Below, piece after piece: positions 1 to 18,907 of a stretch of 64,000 bases of DNA. The notes beneath the pieces were generated by a model. That model saw nothing but the letters and a program-made list of their open reading frames with translations, searched no databases and had not been told where the DNA came from. The DNA lies in the NCBI RefSeq assembly GCF_009914755.1, contig NC_060941.1; one strand, given 5' to 3'. A program made the position numbers and the translations under genes. Within the stretch, counting starts at the first letter, position 1. The number at the start of each line of letters is the position of its first letter. Origin of the DNA: the human T2T-CHM13v2.0 reference genome, Homo sapiens.

Positions 1-288
1 GGGAGGATAAATCTGAAGTCTTCCTTAGGTCTAAAGAATGAATTGCACCATTACCATGTCATAGATACTTATATTATCAGTGAGACTCAAGGGTTTTAGC
101 TGAGGGGAGGATTTATTTGAGTCAACCATGGATGTGGTTGCCAAAGGAAGCTAACGTAAGCTTCGATCATCATAGCTCTCTAGTGTCTAGAGACAGGAGG
201 TTGTAGGGGACACTGACCATCTCCTCAATACCCTTCCCACCCCTCATTCTCCGTGTTCTGCCATTGGCCTTGGGGGGATTGTCCGTGG

Positions 289-590
289 GTTTTTTTTTTC
301 TTCTTCTTCTGAGATCAAGTCTTGCTCTGTTGCCCAGGCTAGAGTGCAGTGGCTTGAGCTCAGCTCACTGCAAGCTCCGCCTCCCAGGTTTAAGTGATTC
401 TCCTGCCTCAGCCTCCTGAGTAGCTGGGATTACAGGCATGCGCCACCACACCTGGCTAATTTTTGAATTTTTAGAGGAAGGGTTTCACCATGTTGGCCAG
501 GCTGGTCTCGAACTCCTGACCTCAGGTGATTGGCCTGCCTCAGCCTCCCACAGTGCTGGGGTTATGGGCGTGAGCCACTACACCCAGCTG
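289..590 (-). mobile_element. Alu (AluS-type)
   Basis: poly-T tail followed by a reverse-complement dimeric Alu body. Confidence 0.95.
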
Positions 591-599
591 ATTGTCTGT

Positions 600-1050
600 G
601 GTTTTGTAATCCAGTCAGGATGATTCCATGCTCCTTGCCACGTGATTGATCAATACACAGCATTTTCCTGGCTACAGGAATTGGTTCAGGAATGGTCATG
701 TGACCTGGTTTGGTCTAATGAAGCATGAAGGGACATTGGCTGAAGGCTTTTGTAAATAAGGTACCTAGCTCTTCTGTGGGGGATTCTGGAAACTAGCCTT
801 CTTGCTCACCTTGGATGCTGTGGTGTGTGGATACGAAGCCTGGAACTGCTGCATCCCCTTTGCTATCACAGGGAACACCCACCAAAGGATGATATTGAGA
901 CCACGAAGGCATAGAGGACATAGAAGGACAGGTAGAAGACACTAAGTCCTGGATCACATCCCTGAATGAACCCGGTTCTACCTCCGGACCTTCAGTTACA
1001 CAAACCCATGTAATTCAAGCCATTTTGGGTCGAGTTTTCTGTTAGTTAGC
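600..1050 (+). mobile_element. Old ERVL-MaLR LTR (MLT1-type)
   Basis: MLT1-like segments ggtcatgtgacc, ggaactgctgca and the 3' end aagccattttgggtcgagttttctgttagttagca. Confidence 0.6.
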
Positions 1051-1337
1051 ACAGAGATGAGTCTTCGCTTCCTTGGGGAGAGACAGATATGCTTAGAATA
1101 TTGCATTTGCTTCTGGGCTCTGGCCTTTGAGAGGCACATTGAGGAGGTGCAGAGTGGCTGATGAGAGCCACCGGGCTGGGGAAGGGGATTGAAAAAGCGT
1201 CTATCATGGGGGTGATGATCCACTTTTGGGTGTAGATCATGTTAGCATTCTTTTAGATGGAAAGCTTCCGAAATATATTTCCAAAAGGATACAGTTTGTA
1301 GAAATGCAGAATTGTTAACTTTTCAGAAGCACGTGTA

Positions 1338-1463
1338 GTTGCCCAGGCTGGAGTGCAGTGGCTTGATCTAAGCTCACTGCAAGCTCCGCCTCCCGGGTTT
1401 AAGTGATTCTCCTGCCTCAGCCTCCTGAGTAGCTGGGATTACAGGCATGTGCCACCACGCCTG
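1338..1463 (-). mobile_element. Internal Alu right-arm fragment without tail or left arm
   Basis: 126 nt with 6 mismatches to 329-454. Confidence 0.9.
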
Positions 1464-1636
1464 CATGAGATAAGATATTCCTGTGGCTTTCACTAACATG
1501 CTGGGGATAGCCAGAGAAAAATTCCATGAACGTGCAGGATGATTTAAATAAAAAGAGGCTGCTTTGTCTAGTCATTGTGTGGGAGGGAAACCCAAACCCC
1601 AAAGTGTCCTCATTCCAGTGTAGAAACAGCCACTAG

Positions 1637-2143
<507 letters not shown>

Positions 2144-2279
2144 CCGTTCTTTGCAGTTTCTAACACTTTTTTCTGATACTTGCAGCAATGAGAGTAGAGC
2201 CAGCAGCTTCATGCACTTGTACCAGGATGCTACAGAAATGAGCAAAAGAAGTGAGCTGTGTGACTTGGGCAAGGACCTC

Positions 2280-2750
2280 CTGGTTAGCTGTAGGCTCATT
2301 TACAGAGACCTCAGAACACACTGGCTCAAGCGAGGTGGATACCTCTTTCCCTCACTTCGTGGCTGGGTGGTGGGGATGCGTGGGGTAAGTAGGCAGTGCT
2401 GTCCCATGATTGTCATCCAGAGCAGGACCCAGCCCCCTGTCCGGCTGCTCTGCCACCCTCTGGGGGGCTATCCTCAGCTTCCCGATGGAAGCTGGTCCTC
2501 CAGCACCCTGTCTTCATTCCAGCCTGCTGGAAGAGGGAAAGAGGAAGGGGAGGGAGAGCAATTTCCTTTAAGGAAGTGAAGTGGAAGTTACGCGTGTCAT
2601 TTCCACTCATATTCCATCGCCTCAGACTTCATCATGTGGCCACACCTGGCTGCAAGGTATCCTGGGAAGTATGGTCTCTCGCTGGGTGACCATGCGTCCC
2701 TTAACTAAAAGGAAGTGGAGGATGGATATTGGCAACAGTTAGCTTCTCTG
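2280..2750 (-). mobile_element. Old MLT1-type LTR
   Basis: segment ccactcatattccat...catgtggccacacctggctgcaagg...ggatattgg typical of reversed MLT1. Confidence 0.6.
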
Positions 2751-3080
2751 CTACTGTGCCTCAGTTCTTGCATCTACAGATCAACGTCCACAGGATCACC
2801 AACCATCCCGGGAGCTCTAGCCTCAGTGACTTCGTCTGTGAAGTGGAAATAACAAAAATACCAACCTCAGTGACACACAAGAGAGGACTTTGCATGGGGC
2901 CCACACACAGTTGGGTACTCAAATGACAGCTGCTCTTATGGCCGTTTTCATTCAGCCAATCAGCGAATAGGTTTTGAGCACCTGCTATGTGCCAGGAGCA
3001 TTCAAGGCGCTGGGGATTCAGCAGAGATCAAACCAGACCAAAGCTCCAGTTCTCGGAGCTCAGCTTCTCGTGGGGTGACA
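2750..3080. mobile_element. MIR plus L2 3' end remnants
   Basis: ctgtgcctcagtt, ctgtgaagtggaaataaca; ttgagcacctgctatgtgccagg. Confidence 0.6.
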
Positions 3081-3414
3081 GAGGGGCGCACGTGGGGAGA
3101 ACTGTCTCCTCTCCTCTTGCCTGGCTCTCACTGCTACTACACATGGGATTTCCAAGTCAGGGCTCTTTGCAGGAATTGCCCAGATGGTCTCTTGCAGGAA
3201 GCCAGAGAGCCTAAGTGAGATTCGTTTCTGCCCCAATTGATAATTTATGAAAGCAACTTCATAAACACCAGGTAGTGTCCCATTTGTTACTCATTTAAGA
3301 TTATTATTTCCTCCATTCTTTTTATGAGGGGTTTTCTTGTTGATTGTAGCAAGTGGAAGTAGGTGTAGGGAGATAAGTTGTTATGGTGTCTTCAAAAATA
3401 AAAACTAACAAATA

Positions 3415-3550
3415 AGCCGAGTGCAGTGGTCCTTGCCTGTTGTCCCAGCTGCTGGGGAGCCTGAGGCAGGAGGATTACTTGAGCCCAGGAGTTCGAGTCC
3501 AGCAGTTTGGGTAACATAGTGAGACCCTCATCTCTAAAAATAAAAATAAA
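3415..3550 (+). mobile_element. Monomeric Alu (FLAM/AluJ-like)
   Basis: ttgagcccaggagttcgag...gtgagaccctcatctct followed by A-rich tail. Confidence 0.85.
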
Positions 3551-3809
3551 ACAAACAAACATTGAGATCATTCGGTGGGTATTTCTGAAGCCTCTGTCTC
3601 ATGCTAGTTTGAATGCTAAATGATTGAAATACAGTGGAGAGAACCATAGGGTTCCTGACCTCAAGGCACTCACTCTAGAGGGGAATGTACACCAGCAATT
3701 ACAATACAGGGCTGTGAGAGGTTAGAACGGGTGCTATGGAAGCAGGAGGAAGAGGTACCAGAGCCACTTGCGGGGCAGGATCAGGGAACGCTTCCTGGAG
3801 GAAATGAAA

Positions 3810-4146
3810 TTATCACCAAACAGATCATCACTGTGACCACCTACCTTCATGATCACCATCATCACCATTGATGTCATCATCATCATGCTCACTGTCATCA
3901 ATATCACTATCTCCTTTACCATCATTGCCATCATCATGCTGTCATCATGACTGTCCTGTCATCTTCACTGTCCTCATTACCATCACCACCTGCACCATCA
4001 CCATCATCACCATCATCGTTGCTGTCATCATCACCATTATTGTCACCATCATCATCACTTCCCACCTCCTTCTCAATATCACCATCAGCTTCACCATCAC
4101 CATCAGCATCAGCACCGTTGTCATCAGTACCACCACTAGCATCATG
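3810..4146. repeat. Degenerate (CAT/CAC)n trinucleotide tract
   Basis: about 335 nt of atc/acc triplets. Confidence 0.95.
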
Positions 4147-4149
4147 GCA

Positions 4150-4790
4150 GCTAGCATGCTTGACCACCTTCTGTGTGCCTGGCACCATGCAAAGCTCTTT
4201 GCACACATTGTCTCATTTAATTTCCACCGTGACCCTATGAAGCCAAGTTGTTATTCTCACTTTAGAGGTGAAGAAAATGAGGATCCTAAAGGTTACACAG
4301 TTTGACCAAGGTCACAGAGTGAGTTTCTCAGTGTTAGACTCAGGATTCAAGTTCAGGCTACCTGTTGTGGAACCTTAGTTTGCCAACCACCCTAGAAGGA
4401 TGAGTGGGAGGTGGCTAGGTGGGGTGGGGTCTGACAAGGAGCCAGGAGCATTCTGGGGAGAGGGAGATGCAGGCACAGGGCCACAGAGAGACAGAGAGCT
4501 GGGGGCATTCGAGACCCAAAGAGGCTGTGTGGCCAGAGTGCTGAGTGTAAGAGGTGAGAGATGAAGCTTGAGTGTAGGGCAGGGTCTGATCCTGCAAGCC
4601 CTGATTGGCGTTTTCTAGTTTTGGACTTCGTCTTGATGACAACAGGAAGACCGTATTGAAAGGTTTTAAGTGGGAGGGGACCGTGATTGGCTTGTGCTGT
4701 AGGAAGATCACTCTGGTCACCCAGTGGGCAGTGGAGCTGAGAAGGGGGAGACTGAGGCAGGGAGACATCATTTGGTGGAGGAGTTTGAAG
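4150..4790. mobile_element. MIR followed by L2 remnant
   Basis: ttttagaggtgaagaaaatgagg...aaggtcacag; ggaagatcactctgg. Confidence 0.65.
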
Positions 4791-6320
4791 CATTCATTGC
4801 TCCCACATACCAGAGTCCTGGGATCCTTAGACATCCTCAGAGCTCCCTCCAGGTGCTCTTCTCCACAATTACCCAGAGGATTGAATCAAGCTGAGAGTTC
4901 TCAGCTCTCTTTTCTCGAGACAGCTGCTCATCCTTTGTTTGGAACCCTGGGCCTGTGCCGATTTGCCCAGTAGCTTTCACGAACGGCTTTCACATAAAGC
5001 CAGACTTGTGCTTTCTAAACAGTTGACCCTGTGTGAGGGCCGTGACCTTGCAGAATACAAAACAGGAGAGGTTAGATCTAAGTCCTCCACTGAGTGCTCC
5101 TGGGGCATCCTGCCCCCAGGGAGGCTGTGGTCTACCCAAGAGCAGATGTAGAAACCCCAATTCGACCAGGAGGCTGAATGGAGCCACTTTGTCCCATGCT
5201 CCCCACTGCTGTCCTTCCTCCCCAGAGGCAGGAACGAGGCTGCCTCATCCAGAGCTGAGACGCATACTGCTGTGCTGGAAGGAGAAGGCCAGAACCCCAG
5301 CTCACCAAGCTGGCATTGCTGGTGCACGAGCCACCCAGTGGGGACAGGCAGGGGGCAGGAGGCGGGAGACAGGGGACCAGCTCCCGACGGCCGTGCCGAG
5401 GGACTTCTGTGGGTGCCCAGTGGGTGTCCATCTGCAAGTTGGCTTCAAGGGTCTTTTGGCCACCTCTTCCATGACTTGGAATTTCTTATTGTCCTGCTCT
5501 TAAAGATTTTGAGGATCCCTAGTAAGTGGGGATCAGGAGTTCTGGGTTCTGGGTGTGGCTTTATCACCAGCTCACTGGGTAGGGTTGGGCCAGTCCTTTC
5601 CCCTCTCTGGGCTTCAGACTCCTTCTTATGAAACAAGGGATTGGCCTTAGGTGTCCTCTGAGGTCCCTCCAAAGCGAGCCGCTCTATGTTCTCTGGAGCT
5701 CCTAGCACCCCAATGACACACACCAAATAGTTGCCACAGACGGATGGGTGGATGGGCTCTGAGTCCCACCTCCACCCGCTCCTGGGTGGGTTGTTCATTT
5801 GAGGACTGAGACCCCAGGGCAGACCCGGAAGCCTGGAACACGTTCACATGCCACAGATGGAGGATTTTTCCGCTTCAATTATCTTCTTTGCAGGTTTTGG
5901 GTTTTCAGACAGGGCTGGCAGCTTGACTGAGCCACAGTAACCATTTCCGAGCTGGCTGGAAGCATGCATGGAGGACCTCAGGGTTCAATCTGTTGTTCTC
6001 CTTCCAGTATCAAGAGTCTGAACGATTCCAAATACGGAGAAACAACCTCTCTCCGGGTTCCTTGTGGCCAGCCATCACGAAACCCTCGCACCTGTTCACC
6101 CTGCAAAGCGTGATATGTCTGAACTATTTAAACGGTTGGGTTTACTGATTAATTTCTCCTCAGCCTCATGCCTGGATCCTGGGTGTCCGCCATCGGAGTG
6201 CTGGTGACTGTTGTGGAGGCAGGACCCCCAGCTTAGGGTACAGAGTCTCCTGTGTTGTGGAGAGCTGAGAAGACCAGGTATGAGGAGCCTCATTTGTGCT
6301 CTAGCTTTATTATTAAGTTA

Positions 6321-6640
<320 letters not shown>

Positions 6641-7335
6641 CTATTCTCCAATTTCTACTTTTTATACCTTGATAAACACATTAGAGCAATGTCCTAGGTG
6701 ACAATTTCTTGTTGATAACGCACAAGTTTTGCCAGAAGACTGTCTCAGATGTTCCCTGTTCTCTACCCCTGGTGGGTTTTTCACTGCTGGGTGGAACCTA
6801 AATGTTCATTGTCCCTTCTGAGAACACCTGCTGTGTGCTTCCCCTGCCTGCAAAAACCACCTTGAACGTGATGGGTGCTTTCGGACTCTCAGGGCCCTTC
6901 TACCTCTGCTCATCCCAAACACCACGGCACTGGAGACAAAGCTTTTCGTTCGCAGCTGCAGCCGCTTGCCTGTGATCATCTTTTTCCAATTGGGGGTTTC
7001 ATCTCTCTTTTACAACCTGGCTCCTGCTACCAACCTCCTGCAGTTTCTGGCGGGGACTTGTTAGAGTGGCCAAACAAACTTTTTTTTTTAAACACCAACA
7101 AGCTATCTGGACACAGTAGGGTAGTTACTAAGCAAAATTATCACTGCTCCCTTCTATGCCCCAGAAGTCCTGAAGCCCACAGCCTGTCTATCCTTTTGAG
7201 GCCAAAGGGAGAGATGGGCATTTGAGGACATGGTGGGAAAGGCTGAGGCTGGAGGACGGGCTGTGGGTATGTGAGTGGGGAATGGTGTTGACGCCTGTCT
7301 CCTCCCAACTTATGGCATTGATCATCTTTTGGTAG

Positions 7336-7665
<330 letters not shown>

Positions 7666-8394
7666 TAACTCCTCATCTTTCTTACTTACCAAAGCAGGTA
7701 AGGACTCTCTGTGACTCACTAAGCAAGAAAGTCATGGATGTTTCTGGTCATTTAGGAGCAGAAAGAGGGGGATACAGATGCCGGTTTATAAAGGCTGAGA
7801 GTGCAGGAGGCAGCCACTCAGGAGACCTTGCTAAGGCTGGCTTCCCACTGCTTGTCTTCTCTGGCCATTTCTCTGCTTGGGTACAGAAACCAGGCCAAGT
7901 GCCTGGGGAACATTTAGCTTTTTGTTGTGAGAAGGGAAGAATTAGAAAGTCAAATGCTCCTATGGACTGGGAGCCAAGAGAAGGGGGCAGGGAGGCTGGC
8001 AGGGCCTTGAGGAGGCTTGGCCACTCTGAGGGTGGGTGCCCATCTAAGGCAAGCCTGGAGCTGGGTGGGCAAGAGCCGGGCGGCCCCGCTCCTCCTTTCC
8101 ATGTCCTCCCCTCCACCGGGACCCTCAGCCTGGGCCCAGCAGGGAAACCCAGGGCGTGTGAAGCCGACCAAAGGGAGATGGATTGAAAAACAGCCAGCTG
8201 AGGAGGGCACTGGCTGCCAGGCGGAGGACTCGGCAGTGCCAAGTGCAAGGTTTCTGGAGAGCTGCTTATGTCTCACTGCCTACAATAACACCTCATTTAT
8301 TTGGCATTATCAGAGAATGAGCTGTTTCCCTTAAGTGACTTTTCCTCCCCCAAACTTTAAAAATGGAAACATTTTATGTGTCAAACTTTTTATT

Positions 8395-10480
<2,086 letters not shown>

Positions 10481-10549
10481 GTATTACCCAAGCTTTGTTG
10501 AGTAAGCTTAAGTAACAAATAACTTATTAGAAATATTTTTCTTATTCTA

Positions 10550-11201
<652 letters not shown>

Positions 11202-11598
11202 TCACTCATTATCCCATTGTCCAGAGAAACTTCTAGTATACATACTATTTACATTTTGTTATATACACTTCTGTTTTACCTTTTAATGCATACAAACATT
11301 CAGTTTCTACAAACAGGATTTTATATTCAAACATATACTATTTTATAACCTACTTTTTAAAACTTACTGATATCTTGACTCTCTTGCTGCAACCTAATTT
11401 TCATGACTGCTTGGCATCTTAGTACATGAATGTACCACAGATTCTGATGAGTTTCTCACTGTAGGGTCTGAAGGTTGTTTCCAGTTTTTTTCTATTACTC
11501 ATAGCACAGTGAGGTACATTCTTGGAGCTAAACCTCTGTGTGTCTGTTTAGTTCTTTTTGGAGGATAGAGTCTTAGAATCACATTTGGTGAGTCAGAG

Positions 11599-11728
11599 GG
11601 TGTGTGTGTATACATATATATGTACACACACACATATATGTATGTACGAATATAATATGTACATATAAATGTGTATATACATATTAAATGTAGCTATATT
11701 AAAATGTGTGTATATATACACATTTTAA
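11599..11728. repeat. (TG)/(TA)/(CA) microsatellite with palindromes
   Basis: tgtgtgtgtatacatatatatgtacacacaca and ttaaaatgtgt...acacattttaa. Confidence 0.85.
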
Positions 11729-11902
11729 AATCCTTTAAGTCTTCTATATGTATTGGCAAATTGCTTGTCAGATAAGTTTTACTTATTTGTGTTTCCATCA
11801 GCAGCATCAAAGAGTGGCAGTTTCTCTGTAACCTCACTGAGGCTGTGTATTGTCCTTTATGAAATCTTTGCTAAACTGAATGGTAAGAAATAGCATATTG
11901 AA

Positions 11903-12262
<360 letters not shown>

Positions 12263-12946
12263 TTAGCCACTTGTGTTCCTTTTTTTGGGGAATTGCTTAT
12301 TCAGGACCTTTGTGTATTTTTTCCATTGAGGGATGAATATTTTGTTACTTATTTGTGAGCATTCTTTGAATATTGAGGATGTAAATTATTTGTTATTTCA
12401 ATTGCAAACAGTTTCCCCAAGTTTGTCCCTTGCCTCTGTTTTGCTTCTGGTGCTCGTTCATGTAGAAAAATGCTTTTTACTTTTATATAAGTATTTTATG
12501 TTTAACTTCTGCCTTTGGTGTCATTTCAATAAGAGGTTATAAGATATTCATCTACTTTTTAGTGTATTCTAGCACTTTCATAGCTTAATTTTTTATACTT
12601 AAATCTTGAATCCATTCCTAAAATGATCTGATGTAAAGTAAAGAATCCAGCCTTTCACTTTGTCCATGTGGACCTTTCCCTAACGCATTCGAAATGCTCC
12701 TTTGCCATGTGTTAATTCTCTTTGGTCTGTTTCTGGAGTTCTTTCTGTCCAATGATACACATCTGTGTTCTTTTGCCAGTGCCACACTGTTTTAATATTT
12801 TAATCATTTTAGGGCATGAATCCCATGATTACAAAATCCCTTGGCTGGTCTTTTGCATTTTGTTTCCAGATGAACTTTAGACTGATTTGATCAACTTAAA
12901 AAATAATTCCTCTGTGCTTCTGATTGAAATGGCTTTAACTTTATAG

Positions 12947-13286
<340 letters not shown>

Positions 13287-13521
13287 AATCTTTATAATAT
13301 TGAATCTTCTCGTATGAAACTTTGATACGTCCATCAGGTATCCACATGGTTTCCTCATCTATGTCCCTGAATGTTTCTTAAGTTTATATGTGGGCATTTT
13401 GAATTGTTTGTAGCATGGTGAATGGTGTCATTTTCCAGTATATTTTCCAATTGTTTGCTATTGGTATATATGAAAGAAACTGGCTTTTATGTATTTATTC
13501 AGTGACTGGCCTGGTCACTGA

Positions 13522-13866
<345 letters not shown>

Positions 13867-14275
13867 ATCATAGCATCTTTAATAATAATAATTCTGCCTT
13901 TTTCTTTTCTGCCATTCATTCTCTTTTCTTGTCTTCTTGCATTGGCTACACCATTCAGAACAATTCTAACTAGTAGGGATGATAATAGCAGGCGTCTTTG
14001 TCTTAATTCTGACTTAAATGGGAATGTCTTTAGTGTTTCACATTTCTCTGCTTAAGGAGTGTTAAATGCAACTGAATCTTATTTTGATGTTTCAGAGTCA
14101 TTGGTAATACGTAATTGAAAAACATTCTGTCATACAGTCATACCATCAGCAATCAGTGGAGCTTACTTATCTGTTTTACTTGAAGGTTCCAAGTTTTATT
14201 TTTCTCACTCATGCTCTCTCTTTTGCATTGCTGACTCACTGAGACTTTCCTTGTTTCTCTTCTCTTGCTCCCAAG

Positions 14276-14288
14276 CTGTCTATTGTCG
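14276..14288 (+). other. Candidate 13-nt microexon CTGTCTATTGTCG
   Basis: long pyrimidine tract, ctgac/ctcac branch candidates at 14231-14239, TGC at 14266-14268, AG at 14274-14275, donor TCG|gtaatt. Confidence 0.5.
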
Positions 14289-14538
14289 GTAATTTCTGTT
14301 GTTTTTCTCCTTTTTCATTTTATAAACCATTGTTTTAATTGAGGCCATAATTTGAGGACGTGGAAAACATTTCAAATAGTACAAAAATAAGTCAAAAGTC
14401 AGAAATTCAAACGCTGCTGTAAGATGTGTTTCCCTCCTATGCCGACGCTTGTTCACCCTGGAAAATGTAACATTTTGTGTCCTTCCAGACCTATTAAATG
14501 CAGTGTGCTTCTATTTATGTTAAAAAATATGAAGATAT

Positions 14539-14870
14539 TCTGGGCGTGGTGGCTCAAGCCTATAATCCCAGCACTTTGGGAGGCTGAGGTGGGCAAATCA
14601 CGAGGTCGGGAGTTCAAGACCAGCCTGGCCAACATGGTGAAACCTCATCTCTACTAAAAATACAAAAAAATTAGCTGGGTGTATTGGCATGTGCCTGTAA
14701 TCCCAGCTATTTAGGAGGCTGAGGCAGGATAATCGCTTGAACCTAGGAGGTGGAGGTTGCATTGAGCCAAGATCATGCCACTGTACTCTAGCCTGGGCAA
14801 CAGAGCGAGACTGCCTCAAAAAACAAAAAAAGAAAAACAAAAAAACCCCAAACAGACAAACAACAAAAAA
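14539..14870 (+). mobile_element. Alu (AluSg-like)
   Basis: dimer with A/C-rich tail. Confidence 0.95.
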
Positions 14871-16316
14871 ATGAAGGTATATATTCATATCTGTCCTGTA
14901 CCAGAACACAAATAGGAAGCACACTATTCATGCAGTTAAGCGCTTTTATCACTTAATATATCGTGGCAATCTTTCTAAATCAGCAGTGTGGATTCCTTAG
15001 TATGCCATTGAATGCATGTAACATAATTTATTGAAACAGTCCCCTGTGTACCTAGGTTTCTCCAGATGTTCCAGCTGCAGTGAACATCCATGTAAATATA
15101 AGTCTTTGTTCTCCTTTGCGAATTTTCTGCTCCTAATTGACTTACTCTGACCTCCCCCCGAGAAAGAGAAATAGATGAACTATTCAAAACTGAATGTAAA
15201 CTAAGAATAAATAGGTTCTGAATGAAGATCAGATGATTCTATTGAGCAGAATGAATGGGTTTTAGTCAAGGACTTCCTACCGTTATCGTGACTGTAGAGT
15301 GGACGTTTCGCTCAGTTCTTTATTGTCACCTGGCATCGTTTACTTCCAAGTTTGCTGGATAAATGATCCCTCCCATGCCCGTTCCCAGACATAAGGTTGA
15401 TGCCACCTGTTCGTGTGACCCTGATGCGCCATATTTGTTACCTATTTATTCTCAGTTTCCTTATCAGCATCCCATACAGGCTTATTGGCCTCACCTGGCA
15501 GTGCAGGGTCTCCAGCAGTGCCTGCAGCCAGGTGTCCTGGGAGGCACCTGTGCAGTCTGGAGAGCGCTGTTCACAGTGAGCTGGACTGCAGACCCTGGGA
15601 GCTAAGAGGGGACAGGTGAATGCCTTAAGGAGCCTGCGGAGCAGGTCTTGGAGGATGGCTGGGAAGGGTCATTGCAGCATATCTGGCCTGTCTGATGCAG
15701 CAGGTGGAAACAGAGACTGCTGAAACCATGGCACTGGCGAGAACCTCATCTGTGAGGTTCCTGTGGCGTCAGACACAGCCAGAAGCTGTTTTCATATGAT
15801 CTGGACTGGAGCAGGCTATGGGAGGATGCTGGGTGTTTCCAGCCACACCTGCATATGAAGAAAACAAGCACCCCCAGTAGCTGGGGTGTGGAGAAGAGAG
15901 AGGTTAGTGAGATGCTGCTGGGAATGTAAATCGTAGGGGAGATTATGGTTTTTAGGGAGAGAAGCGATTTTTCTCTCACTTCTCCATTGGCCAGGACAAC
16001 TTTTGTTTTTAACCTCTAATACTCATTTTCTTTCTGACTCCAAAAACAATGTGTATTAATTTTAGAAATTTAAGAAAATATAGAAAAATAGAAAAATAAT
16101 AACCTGAAATCTTTCCTTCTAGGGAACACACTGGTAACATTGAGTATATTCTTCTGGTATATTTCCATTTTCGTTTTCCTTTGTACATGAATTTTTTTAA
16201 TGAAATGGAAGTATGCTTTGCATATTGTTTTGTAACCTGGGCTTTTCATTTGCTATATGGGAAACACTTTGTCCATGTTGTTAAATATTCTGTAACATTG
16301 TTTTAATAGTCTCATT

Positions 16317-16625
<309 letters not shown>

Positions 16626-17165
16626 TCACTTTATGAATATAGAGTAATTTATTTGACCAAACATGTTGTTAGAAACTTCAGCTATTTCCAGTTTTTTTCC
16701 TTCCTTCCCTCCCTCTCTTCCTTCCTGTCTACCTATATACCTACCTACCTTCCTTCCTTCCTACCTAAAAAATTCTACAATGAACATCATAGATACGTGT
16801 TTGTATAGTTTTATAATTTCCTCATAATAAATTCCTGGAGGTAAAATGTCTGTTCAAAAGATGAACATATTTTAAATTTAAATTTGTTCTCCAAAAAGAT
16901 TAAAGCATTTATGTTTCTACCAGAAATATTATGAGAATGTCTTGAACTCTTTCTTACAATAGCCATTATTGTTTTAAAAAATCTTTACCTATGTAATAGG
17001 CAAAATAGTTGCTGCACATGTTATTTCAAAAAATTAAATCACCTTTTTCTGAATTTAAAATAATATACATTATTTTAAATAAACAATGTGACAAAATATA
17101 GAAGAAAAATGTACTGAGTAATCCTTTCCACCTAGGAACAATGATAATTAACATTTTAAAAAATG

Positions 17166-17312
<147 letters not shown>

Positions 17313-17415
17313 TAACATTTTGATGGAAGTTATTCGAAACATCTTGCTTGATGTCTTGTATATGCTATGTGTATATATATATATATTTACATATATATGC
17401 ATAATTTTTGTATAA

Positions 17416-17789
<374 letters not shown>

Positions 17790-18059
17790 TTATCTGCATA
17801 TGCATATCTTATCTGGTCAGTAAGAACTATATCATGTGTATAGCACTACCTCATCTTTTTGAGGATTGCTAGAATTCATGTAAACAATCTCCTTTGTCTA
17901 CCTTTTAATGCAAATCATTTTTTCCAATATGATGTTTGCCTTTTATTTCTATTTATAGAGTTTTTTTGTTGTTTTAATCAGATGGTTAGTTTTTATGTCA
18001 TCCTGTCAGTTAGTATCTTTCTTCATGGGGTTTGCTTTTGTGGTTCTGCTGCCAAACTG

Positions 18060-18450
18060 AAACTTTCTCCAGCCAGTCTTCACTTTCCTGACCTCTTTGT
18101 TTTAGTTCATGCTGTTCCTCCCTTCCTGGAGGGCCTTCCCTACCAGTTTCCTACCATTGAGATCTCCTGCCTGTAGTTCAGAGTATCTCAAACTCCTCTT
18201 TCTCCATGAAGTTGCCTTGATTCTGTATCACCCGACATTTTCTCTTTATTAAATTCATTATGTTCTGCCTGGATTATGTTAATACCTTATTTGTGGTGTT
18301 TATCACATTTCATCTTGTAGTTATGTTTATGTAGACTGTAAACTTTCTGAGGGCTAGACCCATCTTCCATGTCTGCGACCCTAAGATTCTCTAATTCAAT
18401 GCTTGTCATACAGTAGGGCCTCAATAAACATTTGCTGGATTGAATTAAAT
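18060..18450. mobile_element. L2 remnant
   Basis: tagactgtaaactttctgagggc...ctcaataaacatttgctggattgaat. Confidence 0.7.
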
Positions 18451-18907
18451 TGGATTTGGGTGGACCAAAGCATCCAGTCTATTTCAGGGAGTTGATTCGT
18501 GAGACTCTTAAACAAGACCAGACGTGGGTTACTCTTTGTTCCTCTACTGACTGGAATTCCCCGTGTTGTTTGAGATGTGTGTCCCAAAGAGAAACTTGTT
18601 GTTCTGAAGAATTGCACACTTGTATTTATGGTATTGTTGGCTTTTTGTATCTGCCACTGCCAACCTTGTGACATCTGGCACTTTTGGCAGAAGTCCTGGC
18701 CCTTGGGACCCTGTTATGAGCAAACACAGTGATTGAGAAGCAGACCAGCTGAGACTAATCCAGTCCAGGGCCCATGACAGCAACCTGGCCAGGTGAGTGG
18801 GGATTTTAGCCTTGTCTTATACAACACAGCACAAGCCAGGATTTCTTCCTAATCCCTGCCTTGCCTTCTTATTGGGGGATTGTGAACTGCACCTAAAACA
18901 TAAGGGG

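Noticed and set aside
3734-4305. Overlapping low-complexity ORFs
   Set aside because: Artefact of the (CAT/CAC)n tract lacking stop codons
7692-7703. AAG|CAG|gtaagg as a 3-nt microexon or recursive splice site
   Set aside because: Short, interrupted pyrimidine tract abutting an Alu; insufficient support
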